The notes under the pieces were generated by a model. It did not search any database. It was not told the DNA's origin and was given only the letters and a program-made list of their open reading frames with translations. A stretch of 64,000 nucleotides of DNA from Octopus vulgaris (taxonomy: Eukaryota). The stretch lies in NCBI GenBank assembly GCA_951406725.2, contig OX597825.1, positions 18,042,001-18,106,000 on the forward strand, given 5' to 3'. Made by a program: the position numbers and the translations under genes. Below are positions 14,118 to 27,447 of the stretch, one piece after another (position 1 is the first letter of the stretch; every line of letters begins with the position of its first letter).

Positions 14118-16139
14118 TTTATATAGCTTCCTTCCGCAAAATATCAGACCTTTTAAATCTGTTTTACAACAACGTACAATTAAATAAAATGATCAACTGC
14201 GATGTAAGAATAAAAACCCCAGAAAAAAACAAAAGACAAAAATAAAAGAACATCAAAGCAAAACCGACTAAAAAACAAACATGGAAAATGAATAAATAAA
14301 TGAATAAATAAATAAAAGAAAATGACTGATTATTATTTTAGAAAAACCAAAAACCTAGCAAATGAACAAAATAAACCTAAAAAAAAAAATGAAAATTCAA
14401 CACCTCCGAAATACTGAATAATAAGTATATAAATAAATAAATATAAATATATATTTATAAATAAATAAAATTCAGCAAATCTCATCGAGTAAATACCAAA
14501 AGAAAAACAAAAAAAAAACGGTGCATAAATAGATTCTCACAGAGCAAGAAAAAAAAAAGAAAATATAAAAAGATGTAAGATATTTTTAAAAAAGCATTAT
14601 TCTCTCCATCTTTTGAGTTTTCCAAGTCGCACCAGAGAGAAATAAATCACTTTAATATTTACACTATGTGTGAACAGGTGTGGAATAAGTCTTATTGTTC
14701 AAAGAATTACTTAAAAACAACTATATTCTGATTGTATGCTGTTATTGTTATTGTTATTGTGGTTGTTGTTGTTGTTGTTGTTGATATTTTGTAGTTGTTC
14801 CGGTTTGTTTGTTTGTTTGGGTTTATTTTTGTGTATTTTGATTTGTCTTGTTTTATCTGGGATTTTTTTTACCTTTATTTCTATTTATAATTTTGTTAGT
14901 TTGTTTTGTTTTTTTTTGCCTCCATGTTATCAACATCATCTCTTGTAAAGAAAAGACAGAGCGAGATGCAGACAGACAGAGACACACAAACACACACGCA
15001 CACTTACACGCACAAATGTATACACATATAATAAGTGTATATATATGTGTACCTATGTGTATTTATGTATGTGTACCTATATCTATCTCCCACTTCTCTC
15101 TCTCTCTCTCTCTCTCTCTTTGTATATTAATGTATATACACATGTGTGCATTAGTAATGTATATGTGTGTGCACGTGCGTATGTATGTATGCATGTATGT
15201 GTGTATGTATGTATGTATGTGTATAAATATATATATGTGTGTTTGTGTGTGTGTATGTATTATTATGCATGCATATGTATATACAAATTTATACATATAC
15301 ATATATAATAAATACAAATGTATGTATATGCATATACATATATACATATGTGTATGTGTGTTTATCTGTACATGCGTGTGAACATACATATGCGTGTGTA
15401 TATGTATGTGTATGTGTGTGTGTGTGTGTGTGTGTCTGTGTGTGTGTGTGTGTGTGTGTGTCTGTGTGTGTATGTATTATTATGTATGTATGTATGTATG
15501 CATATGTATATACAGATAGATATATATAGATATATAATAAATACACATGTATGTATATGCATATATACGTGTGTATATGCGTGTGTTTGTCTGAAACATG
15601 CGTTAGTACATGAAGAAAGAGATTGAGAGAGAAAGAGAGAGAGAGATAGAAAGAAAGAGGTGAAGAGAACAGAAGAGTTCATGGAACAACCATTCTTTAC
15701 AGCTTCGTTGTTGGTTTTCTTAAATGTTTATTTTTTACATCATAAGTTTACGTCGCGTTGTTTTACTTCAATTCGGTGTACTCGCGTTATTTTTGAAGAA
15801 ACGAGCACATCCAAGAAGATTGATGAAGAAAATTCTTCTTCTCTAATCTCCATTTCCTACCTTGAACGTTAAGGTTATCTATTTCCGGTTTCTGTGTATG
15901 TGCATGTTTAGTTGTAACCCTGCATTTTTTTTTATACTTTCCAAGAACTTTGCTATACGACGTGGTTTTCGTACGCTTGTAATTTCCACGTTATATTTAT
16001 TTGTTTTAAATGTATTTTTCCCCCTTTTCCTCTAATAGTACAAATGGAAGAATCATTTGGTTAGATATCAGGATTTAGTATATGTTCTAGGATTTCAGTT
16101 AAGGAATTATGCATTGATGAATGCACTAATGATGTAAAC

Positions 16140-16575
16140 ATAGGCGCAGGAGTGGCTATAGGCGCAGGAGTGTCTGTGTGGTAAGTAGCTTGCTAACCAA
16201 CTACATGGTTCCGGGTTCAGTCTCACTGCGTGGCATCTTGGGCAAGTGTCTTCTGCTATAGCCTCGGGCCGACCAACGCCTTGTGAGTGGATTTGGTAGA
16301 CGGAAACTGAAAGAAGCCTGTCGTATATATGTATATATATATATATACATGTATGTGTGTGTGTTTGTGTGTCTGTGTTTGTCCCCCCAGCATTGCTTGA
16401 CAACCGATGCTGGTGTGTTTACGCCCCCGTTACTTAGCGGTTCGGCAAAAGAGACCGATAGAATAAGTACTGGGCTTACAAAGAATAAGTCCCAGGGTCA
16501 ATTTGCTCGACTAAACGCGGTGCTCCAGCATGGCCGCAGTCAAATGACTGAAACAAGTAAAAGAGTAAAAGAGTA
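16140..16575 (+). mobile_element. tRNA-headed SINE family A, full length
   Basis: A-box-like TGGCT/TGTGG, B-box-like GGTTCAGTC, CTTGGGCAAGT motif, internal TA/TG microsatellite and (GTAAAAGA)n tail; near-identical copies at 41509 and 54764. Confidence 0.92.
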
Positions 16576-17533
16576 TATCACAAATATGTTCGTCTTAATA
16601 ATAGTGTTAAACATGTAACTGTTATTAATGGTACGTGTTGTGCTACCATGTCATTTTTACTAGTTTCATAACCAATCTATCTTGATTTAACAGTACATCC
16701 AGTTGCTTCCTTCATTGCGCTGTAGGAAATAATAACATACATTTCTTATTCTAACATTGCTGGTCGTTTACAATAACACGTGTCAATGGAGACGATGCAG
16801 TTTGATTTGAAATAGATTCAGTCGTTAATTGTTGCAGTTTTAATTACATTCGCTCGGTCCCTCGTGTATGCTAATCTGTAACTTAATTAACGATCTAATT
16901 CAAATAAATTTCTTTCTAACTCACTTTTTGATTCACATAAGTGCGATCCACAAATATCGCTCGTTGATTTCCATCTCACCCGCCAGCCTACGTAACCGAC
17001 ATCGCAGTTAAGTTCCCGGCTCACTATTCCCAGATACTGACGTATCGTTACTCGGTTTCTGTATGAGGCACCCAGAAACCTAGCTCTGAAAATATAATCT
17101 AAATAAGTTATCCAAATTACCAGCGCCCCCACTCTTAGTAACACAGAGGAAAATTATAAATAGTTGAAAGCGAATGATCACCTAACATTCAAATTATGTG
17201 ATCAAGTGTCTACCCTATAGAATCAAAATAACGGAGTGAACGATAAACATAAGCTATAATTAGAACTTAAGCCATGAATTTCACGTTGTTGCTCTCTATC
17301 AAATATTACTGAAAATCAGTGGATAAATGCGCGGTTATGCTAAATTTTATATATCGAAGGTACCAAAATGTGATATAAAATCTGGCGCATCATATTCGTG
17401 AAGCAAATATCTGTACAATCAGGTATGCTTCATCCCCTATTTACACCTTCATACTCAACAGCATCAACAAAATACAGGGAGTTCAAAATCACTGGGAATT
17501 ACAGTATACAAAAGACTATATATATAATTATAT

Positions 17534-17736
17534 ACACGAGGGTAATGGTGAAAAGTTCCTGGCTTTGGGTAAAAGAAAATACAGGATTATCATATAATTA
17601 TGATTTTATTTAACATATTCTCATCTCAGAGCCCTTCAGTTTTTCTAAGCGCTGTAATAGAACTGAGGAGTTTAGGGCTTCAACTAGGCCTTTTGAGACA
17701 CTCTTAAAGCCAAGAACTTTTCAGCAGCCCCTTTTA
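17534..17736. mobile_element. Mariner/Tc1-type MITE, about 200 bp
   Basis: Imperfect terminal inverted repeats GAGGGTAATGGTGAAAAGTTCCTGGCTTT ... AAAGCCAAGAACTTTTCAGCAGCCCCT in a TA context; no ORF. Confidence 0.75.
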
Positions 17737-18445
17737 TGTTGACGTTACAAAGCTAGATGGGAACAATCTTGACTTTAAGCACCCGTACATAACTTAACAT
17801 TGCAATCTCTCCAAAAGTAAATGATAGTACAAATGTGACCTCTATATGCTTGTTCTACCTGTGAGAACAGTTGCTATATTTCACTTGAACCATACTCATC
17901 TAAATTCGTGAAGATGAGGAACAGTTGCAAAATGCCATCTTAGTCGCAGAAAATGCTATGACTTATGGCTGGAACCATTTTGGTCAATGAAATGTCTCAA
18001 TCAGACCCCGGCGTGGGAGATTAAATTAGTAATCAAAGTAGAGCCTTTCATATTATGACTTTACACACAATCCATAGACACAAGTCATCCAGATAAAAGT
18101 AAAATATGAAATAACACTTGCATACGTAGGCCCAACAGTTTATAGAGACATGTGTTCTAACAATTTTAGTCGCTGAATCTCTATGTTCAATTGCTCTGAA
18201 GCACATACAAACACGACCAGTTTTCCCTCTGAGTAAATTGAGAGAAAGAGGTATGGTGAGAGGCACAATGTTTCGCAGTTAGCTATGAGGCATGCATAAC
18301 TTCATTGAAAACGTACTTCACCGCTATATTTATCTATATCTGTGTGTGAATCTATTTCTCGCTCTCTCTCATTCCGTCTCTCTGTCTCAATCTCTCTATT
18401 TACCCTCTCTTTCTCTCTCTCGTCTCTGTCCCATATATATATATA

Positions 18446-18497
<52 letters not shown>

Positions 18498-18825
18498 ATA
18501 GGTTCCCAATGGGATTTCAGCTCGCAACATAAAGAAACCAAAATTGTAGCGACTTGATATTTTGTCTCACGCCCTAACCTTTCTATTAATCTACTGCCTA
18601 CTCTCAACCAAGAATAAATAACAGCTACACTTGTAAATACGCACGTTGCCAATAGATAACCTTTTAAAATCCAGATATTTTGCAGACATTGAGACCAGTA
18701 ACGGCAGGGGCAGAGAGACAAAATCTGTGTTAGACTGAACTCAATGCAATACACTTCTGTGAACGTTATACTATGTTATATGAATTGTAGAATAAAATAA
18801 AATAAACACGAGACATTAACAAACT

Positions 18826-18977
18826 TGGATGTGTAGTTCATAAGCCTCCTATATGAACGCGTGGTTTCGGGTTCAGTCCCATGGTGTAGCATCATGGACT
18901 ACTATTTTCTACTATAGCTGCGCCCTACCAATGGACATTTCGTGGATTCGGTAGATGGAAACTGTGCATATTCCAGT

Positions 18978-19021
<44 letters not shown>

Positions 19022-19345
19022 GTATGTGTGTGTGTGTGTGTACGTGTGTGAGTGCGCTCGCGTGCGTATGTATGTATGTATATACATACATGTATATATA
19101 CACACAAATATATATACACATATGAATTAATGTATGTGTGTGTGTATGTGGTTGTATTTGCTCTCAAATATCTCGATGTTTATATATTTACGTCCATTAA
19201 ACATGGTGGTTCAGAAACGAAGACTGATTGAACAGGTACCAGATGCAGAAATATAAACTGGGGTCGATGTCTTCGAGCAAATCTTTGAGGCCAGAGGCCC
19301 AGCATGGCCGATTTGCCTTCAAACGATTAAACAGATGAAAGAAAG
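18826..19345 (+). mobile_element. Highly diverged SINE family A copy
   Basis: GGGTTCAGTCCC, TTCTACTATAGC, GGTAGATGGAAACTG, internal TA/TG tract, CTGGGGTCGAT and CCCAGCATGGCCG occur in the same order as at 16140. Confidence 0.65.
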
Positions 19346-19690
19346 CAACGACGGATTAGACTGCCATACAGTATGTCATACGAAGAAAAGGTACGTGAGG
19401 ATTAATTTCTTAATTATTTAGAAGTATTCTAGAAATTGATAAGCATAGGGACATTAATTGTTCGACGATTTACATTGGACGAACTTAAGTCTCTGTATCC
19501 GTTCACAAATTTGACCTGCGCACGGAGGGAAGGAAACCTGACAAAATTGATTTACAAACTGGAACAATTGTAATAAACAAAGAAAGTGGTAAATGGCCAA
19601 ACCTAATACCTAATTCCTAATAAGTTTCTGTCCTTTGTGGAACACACTTCCCGACAAGGACTGTACATAAAAAGGATATATACATAAATT

Positions 19691-19734
<44 letters not shown>

Positions 19735-19737
<3 letters not shown>

Positions 19738-19911
19738 AGAGTTTACGAAGAAAACAAAAGACGAAGACAGGTGGTGTACAAAAAACAAACAGATGTATTA
19801 GTATAACGCTCAGGAGTAGAAAAAGTCTCTTACGTTTCGAGCCTACGCTCTTCTACAGAAAGGGACACAGAAACAAAAGGAGAGAAACAAGGAGAGTAAA
19901 AAAGGAGAGAA

Positions 19912-19912
<1 letters not shown>
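19735..19912 (-). mobile_element. (TA)n-embedded short element with a hammerhead-like motif (Penelope-like derivative, family E-related)
   Basis: (TA)n on both sides; minus strand reads CTGTAGAA GAGC GTAG GCTC GAAACGTA; shares TATTA..ACGCTCAGGA and ACGTTTCGAGC with 34535 and 42059. Confidence 0.6.
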
Positions 19913-19973
<61 letters not shown>

Positions 19974-20114
19974 ACATATATACATATATATACTTACATA
20001 TGCGTATGTATATGTGTACAGTAGAGTATATGTATAACATATCTACATATATACACATGCATGTACATATATATATATATATAGACATATATACATACAT
20101 ACACATGTACATAC

Positions 20115-20182
<68 letters not shown>

Positions 20183-20969
20183 TTATTTATTTATTTATTT
20201 ACATATAATGCTCGTACATTGATGTGTGAGAGAATGTGTGTTATAACGATCACGGGGAAATTACGTTATATAGGCTTAGGCTATGCGAAGCATTAACAAT
20301 AATGATGCTGTGTAGATAAAATGACAAAAGATGAGGTTAATAATCTTAACAAACTTTGCTTCTTGAGTAATAACTCATCACTGAAAGAGAAATTTAAGAC
20401 TTACTTTCCATAATGGGGTCAGGTTTAAGGTGTTTGCATATGTCAAACATATCACGAGAGCTATGTATTTATTGGACATTTTACGATTGGCAATCAGCAT
20501 TATGGTGAAGATTTATACAAGAGGTTGACAGCGTTTTGTTAACGTAATGTGTCAGACGTCGAATCCACTGCTTGTTATCTTTATTGTATCTACGAAGATT
20601 TAATCGTGTCTACCTTTAACTAAATCTAAATTGTGAGTTATTTGATGAGAAATGTCCACACATTCTCCGTAGACGAAGAGTTTTATAGAAGTACATTGCC
20701 GAAGTATGTTGCTAGTGTAAAGTTAGTTCAGTTGTTACTATTAGAATGTTATGTTCTGTGATTAAATTTTAATAATATTCTGGTTGTAATAAAAAAGAAC
20801 ATTTACAAGAATCTCATCGATTACTGGCCACCTGAAAATGAACTTTCAACTCCAGACGCTCTCCTGAAAGGGAAAAAGTTACAACAAATTATCTAAAGAA
20901 ATGTGTGTTTGTGCGTTTGTGGATCTATGTGCCTGTGCGCGTGTGTGTATGTGTTTGTGTGTGTATGTA

Positions 20970-21006
<37 letters not shown>

Positions 21007-21008
21007 AT

Positions 21009-21060
<52 letters not shown>

Positions 21061-21384
21061 TATATATATGTGTACATGTGTGTAAATGTGTGCTTGCGTG
21101 TGTATGCGTACTGCAAAATATAGTTTTATATATTAAAAAAAACCGGGGTGGACATTCGTGAATTTTCGATCATCGTTTTGGATGATCAAATCTCACCTAG
21201 GTTTAATCAAGAATGAAACTAAAATACGAGAGTTCATGCAATATCGAAACATATGTAGGAAAGCTAAATACATGTAATTTATTCTACGTCGATAGAATCA
21301 TCTGTACAACATTAGGCAAACAAGTCTAGTCAATTCTCCGTAACTTTATTTTTGGGTTCATATCTTCTTTTTTATGCCTTTAAC

Positions 21385-21610
21385 CCTCTAACGCGGAGTA
21401 TAGACCACTCATAGTTAAATTCTATGTCGCATAATTCTCCGCTTCTGTACTTATACTCTGCCATGAATGTCTCCCTTTCTCTAGTTCATTTTGTGTTGAT
21501 CTATGCCACGAGTTCTTAGGCCTACCTCTCCTTCTATATCCATCCGGTTTCCACTGTAAAGCACTTTTCGCTACATTTGGTGTGTTTTTTATTCTAATTG
21601 TTCTACCAAT
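21385..21610 (-). mobile_element. RTE-clade LINE 3' end remnant
   Basis: Manual translation PNVAKSALQWKPDGYRRRGRPKNSWHRSTQNELEKGRHSW; the W-x-P-x-G-x-R-x-RGRP-K-x-x-W motif is typical of RTE ORF C-termini. Confidence 0.75.
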
Positions 21611-22177
21611 ACACTTCTCCTTTTTCTTAAATGATTACTCCCTAATCCATATCACGACAAACCTAAATTTGACTTTTATCATTTGCGGGACGTTAAAATA
21701 AAGACTTCATCCTATACTGTGAACGATGATATTCACCAATACTTTACTTAAAAAGTACTAGTTTTGCACCTAAATTAGGAGATAGCTCTCAGGGTGACGA
21801 GTTAGCAGTTTTGTTAGGCCTGCTGATAAACTTCCTTGCGGCATTTCTGTTGGCTATTTTCCTCCTGAATTTAATAACTACAAAAATCATATTCGTTTTC
21901 ATAGATTTTGGTGAATTGCTTATTATCTCTATAGTTTGGATGATGGTACAAAATTCCTTGTGAAATACTGGCCTTTTGCCTAGATCGGAAATCATTGTTA
22001 TTACCTTTGTTATCAATAATAATATAATTTTATTTTTATTATATTGCTCTTCTTCAAGAGAGCCTTTTATGATTTAAAATAATTTTCTAAGTTTTACTCC
22101 TTAATTCTCAACGTCTCTCTGTCTCTTCCTGTACGCGTGTGCGTATGTGTGTATGAACTATGTGCGTGTGCGTGCAT

Positions 22178-23460
22178 GCTATTAAATATTCTGAGCAACT
22201 GAAGAAACCTATTACTAAAGGAGGCTACAAGTAGAGCAAAATTAGGTCGTTGACGAAACTGCACTTTTCTGGAAGTGCATGCTGGCTAGAATTTTTATTT
22301 CATGACAAGAAAATCAGCATCTTGATTTGAAGACTCTAAAAAATGGTGAAATATTTTTGCTGGGATATAATGTCGCTGGTGGTATGAAATTAAAATACCA
22401 CATCTCTAATCCAAAGACTTACAAGGGATACCAGAAGTTTAATTTATCTCTGATTTAGCTGTCCAATGAGAAGGCATAATTGAATAAGAGCCTTCTCGAA
22501 GCAAGTTTTACAAAGACTATTTCTCCTACTGTAGAAAGATGTGTTGCTACACATAATATTTACTTCCTTATTACCAACATGGGGGCTAAATAAAGAGGGC
22601 GCAAACAAGGACAGACAAAGGGTTTCAGTCGATTACATCGACCCCAGAGGCTAAATGGTACTTATTTAATCGACCCTAAAAGTATGAAAGGCAAAGTCGA
22701 TCTCGGCGGAGTTTGAACTCAGAACTTAACGTTAGATGAAATACCTATTTCTTTATTACCCACAAGGGGCTAAACACACAGATAAACGTAGAGTTAGAGA
22801 CTTCTGTAATAAGTTCAATAATACAACATGCTGTGATTAAGACAGCTGAGTCATAGAATTCAGTGGAGCCCTTCAAGGAATCATTATCTGAAAACTTTTT
22901 CCAGCATCTCACAGAAGCAATTGACAGAAAAAAAATAGATTTACAATTAGAAGCTTCAGTAATTCTTGGTAGCGGTGGAAAACATAGCTGAGTCGCAGAA
23001 TGATGTGAAACGTGTAACTTTAGATGACACTTGTGAGACCGAATATGTAACATTACATCTTTTTACAGAACAGAAATTTCGGAAAGATATTATTACATAT
23101 GCATATCTGGACAACTTTAAAGCAATCATAAAGAATCATGCGGCTGAGATACACCCAACTTATGGAGAATGTTCATCTAACGAGAAACTGATACTCTTTG
23201 ATGAAAAATAAGTTACGAATACAGATGAGGATACGGAATTTCCTTCAGCTTCACTTAAACGGACTGCAATGAATATTGCTGAAGGGTTGGCATTTATAGA
23301 CGAGAATCTACAAGTCTTTGCTGGTAGCGCCACTAATCGCGAACGTATCATAAATTTATAAGAGAAAATTAGAATGAGCTCCGTTCCTACATTGAACTGT
23401 ACGAAGAGAAGATTCGCCATAAACATCAACAGATTTGGATAAGTTATTCACCCATTAAGT
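22178..23460 (+). pseudogene. Decayed Tigger/pogo-type DDE transposase (DNA transposon fossil), interrupted by a SINE
   Basis: Manual translation across stops and frameshifts: LKKPITKGGY..VDETALFWKCMLARIFI..FLLGYNVAGGMKLK; SNEKA; C-terminal EGLAFIDENLQVF..NRER..ELYEEK; same order as Tigger-family motifs (DETGLFWK, LLGxNAxG.KLK). Confidence 0.75.
22561..22782 (-). mobile_element. SINE family B, 5'-truncated (one full unit plus the end of a second), inserted in the Tigger fossil
   Basis: Reverse complement matches the copy at 35978-36393, including the dimer junction GAAATAGGTATTTC. Confidence 0.85.
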
Positions 23461-23857
23461 ACATGTAATTGTATCAAACAAGATCCTCCATCATCAGCCA
23501 TGCAACTCGCATTAGTCAACGTTTTTTGTGTTAAAAACGAATACTTTTAAAAATATTACTAGCCTTATTTATTCCCGAGTGTAGTTACCTTCCAATGTTT
23601 TTTACTTATACATATTGAACTGTGTTTATAAATAATTATTTTCATGCGTAAAAGCCGTCATGTTGCTTGTTTCCATGTTGTTTATGTTAATTTTATTTTT
23701 TGTGTTACTCGAAAGAAATCTGTAGGAACGCATTTGAACGTATAACATGAAAGTAGGTTGCTCGTTACGGAATTTTATGATGTCAAGATACATTGGAGAG
23801 CATTAGATTAAGCTGCTAACGTTAGGGATTCAATTACGTGCATGTGAGTTTGTGTGA

Positions 23858-24095
<238 letters not shown>

Positions 24096-25935
24096 TGTGT
24101 GTATATGTATATAATATATATATATATATATATGTATTTTGTGTGGACATGACATACAAGCACTTATATATACGCACATCCACCCACGTATATATGTTAG
24201 CATTTATACTCGTGCGCATGTTCCAGTGTAGTGTGTACGTCATTGCCCGTCTGTTATGGTGTAAAAGTCGATTTGTGTACCACACGTTATAATTATTTTC
24301 GCTAACTTTTACTTTTGAATTTTTCTTACATTTACGTCCAATAATTCCTCATAAATGTTAGATATAATGAACTCATGAATCGCAATACGTTCTACGCATT
24401 TTAAATGTCAGCGACGTTCTGTCCTCCTCTTTATCTTCAACTAAAATAAAGAGAACTCTCACGAGGAATGTAGACATTAAATGTAGTTTTAAACTTCAAC
24501 AAATATAAACTTGTTTCTATTATAACTTCACCGAAACTGTTTTAAACATCTATTATATACAGTCAATAGGAAGTACATAAATATTACAATGGGGTATTGG
24601 GATTAAAATTATTGATAGGCGATGCGTACAATTACATAAGTGCGTACAATTGTGGAAAATGTCGAGAGAACGAATCTGTTATTTAATGAAAAGTTTTAAA
24701 TAAATTCAACAACTAGGGAAATGATTTAATCTAAAAACAGAAAACACTTTGGCGGTTTAAGTATTGTGATTTACTGGTGTATTAAATCGTTTTTCTCTAC
24801 CACAATATTGTCTGTTTGCAAGTAATTGAACATATACAGTATATTTATGCAAATATCTTCTGGCGTGTTTCAGAAAGAATTGATTGAAACAATACGTCGA
24901 TGTAAGTGTTTTTGTAATTATCCTGGCCTAGAGATCGACTTGAAGTCATAAACACAATCGAGCGATTATTCATTAAATAATAGCCAACACTCGAAACACC
25001 TTATGCGATCTGAAGCACTGTTTTCTCGAAGACACATAACTTCTCTATGATATATTTATATTCACGAAATTCCTAAAGGGATTAAAGTTTTCGTAAATAT
25101 ATATATTCTTCTGTCACATATATGTCGTGTTTCATTAGCAGATATTCCTATACTGGATCGATAATACACAAATACATTTTCAGCAACTGTTTGATCACAA
25201 CACGGCTAGATGATAAGCGAAAAATCACCAACATATTTCATCTGTCTCAGAGGTAAATACAACAAGCTATATATAGTGAAACACAAAGTGCACAGACATA
25301 AATTTGACAAAGCATTTATGAATTAATATAACAAGACAAAAACACCATTCAAGACACGATATGTGTGGCTATCTGAATGTGCATTGTGTCTAGAGTGGTG
25401 CTGTGTGTGTGCGCGTGTGTGTATGTTTATTACTTTAGAACCCACCATACTTTCTATATTAACTTCCCATAATTCCTACGATACTATTTCCTCCTCCTAC
25501 TCATAGGTATAACTATGATTTATTTACTTTAGACTATATACTCTGAACGTCTTATTTGGTTTATACGCTATAAACTGCACATCTTATAATCTCTTTTAAC
25601 ACCGTTTTTAACATAATTCGTATTAGTAAGGAAGATTATATCTTTTACTATGTTTATACATTTCTCATATATTTTTATAGATCTACATAATCTGTCGTAC
25701 AATTACGTCTATTCTATATTTGATAATTTTGGTGTATCTGTAATACGGACAGAGGCCAAATATTAATTTGTCTGCACATGGCATGTATCTCAGGTTCCGC
25801 CAAGTCTATTTTTTTCCATCTCTCACTACCAACGTAATAACCGGTATTCATATAAATATTTTAATCTTTGGTTCTCCCAAGGTGTATGAAGGAATATTGT
25901 TGGCGAAATAATTGCAACCGTTATTTCCTACAGTG

Positions 25936-26093
25936 AAGGCGACGATCTGCCAAAATGTTTAACGCCTTTTCGCTCTTCTTTAGGACCTGAGTTGAACTTC
26001 CACCGATTTCATCTTTGATCCTTACGAGATCGATGACATAACACCCAGCTGATCGACTAACCTTATCCCACTTAAATTCACTTGTGCTTCAAG
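25936..26093 (+). mobile_element. Very old SINE family B-like remnant
   Basis: AAGGCGACGATCTGCCAAAATGTT, CTGAGTTGAACTTCCACCGA, TTTGATCCTTACGAGATCGAT weakly match the family B order. Confidence 0.35.
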
Positions 26094-26344
26094 CATATAG
26101 GATTATTCACTCTAGTGTTATACTTCATAGAATTGTCATTAATTTTTAATGACATTTTAAAGTATTTTTTGCGATTATGTCCCTTATGTCCAATTTTTCT
26201 TGTTATATTTTATATAAGTCTTGTGTATGATGCATTTCTTTTGAAACAGTTCTTTCTGCGAGTAGCGACGGGACTTTCTGTATGTTGAGAAAATAATGGT
26301 AATATATAAGATTTTCTCTCTCTACCTCTTTCTCTCTCTCTCTT

Positions 26345-26390
<46 letters not shown>

Positions 26391-26587
26391 TCTCACACAG
26401 ACGAACACACACAGATATTATGTTTGTCTAAAGCCTTTTCTAGATTTCCACAATCTTGAAATATTTCCGTGTATTCATATGTTATATATATGAAAAAATT
26501 AATTAAAAAAAAATAATGCATATATACGAATTAGAAACATTTGTCTTGTGGAGGGACCCTAAAATATAACCGGATACGATGTGATAA

Positions 26588-26605
26588 TTGATGATGTTGA
26601 TGATG

Positions 26606-26650
<45 letters not shown>

Positions 26651-26748
26651 TTGGTGGTGGTGGCAGTGATGGCTCCGGCGTTGGTGGTGGTGGTGGTGGA
26701 GATGATGATGGTGATGCTGCTGCTGATGATGATGATGAGGAGGAGGCA
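26588..26748. repeat. Compound (GAT)n/(GGT)n/(GCT)n trinucleotide tract
   Basis: Direct reading; explains the poly-D, poly-H and poly-S ORFs. Confidence 0.9.
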
Positions 26749-27134
26749 GAAGAGGGGAGCAAGTAGGCAACTACACCAATAACATTAATAACAAAGGATA
26801 TGTTTGACTTACTTCTGACATTAAGGGGGCACCATATAAGTAATGTTGTGCAACAAGATATTACACCGTACCCCAAATTTAACATTTACTGTTTCATTTG
26901 GAAAGGATATTGACAAAAATGCAAACTTGGGTAACATGACATTTATTTGTGGAAACCTCCCAATACAAAATGTAGACGCGCATGTATTCGGTTACACGAG
27001 GCCAACATTTGTGTCACAAGTGAAATGTATTTTACAGGTTGCAAAAGTACATTTAAGATTAGAATCATTAATGGAACGGAATATGCATGCAACGAGGTAA
27101 AGTATGAGAACAAGTCTGGTATCTCATTTGATTT

Positions 27135-27372
27135 TTTCTCTCTAGTTTCAGCTCAGAGCTGTGGCCGTGCTAATGCACCGCCCTTTTGCTACACTGTTAT
27201 TAGAGCCCCCTCTAATATGTTATGCTACACTGTTATTAGAGCCTCCTCTAATATGTGGCACTTGGTGAAGCATGGAGTTTGATATAGCTACCCTCATTTA
27301 CACCTCTGTCGTGAGATACGTTCATCTGGGACTCTCGACAGGAAGAGGTCTAGCTTTGATTTAAAAAACCCT
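27135..27372 (-). mobile_element. CR1-group LINE 3' end (ORF2 C-terminus plus 3' UTR) with a 36-bp internal tandem duplication
   Basis: Minus translation GFFKSKLDLFLSRVPDER, then after a frameshift MRVAISNSMLHQV (FKxKLDxFLxxVPD..SNS motif of CR1-group LINEs); duplication at 27187-27220 and 27223-27256. Confidence 0.7.
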
Positions 27373-27447
27373 TCATCATCTTCATCATCGTCATCATCGT
27401 CGTCATCATCATCATCATCATTATCATCATCATCATCATCATCGTCA
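27373..27447. repeat. (CAT)n microsatellite abutting the R4-like 3' end
   Basis: Direct reading. Confidence 0.9.
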
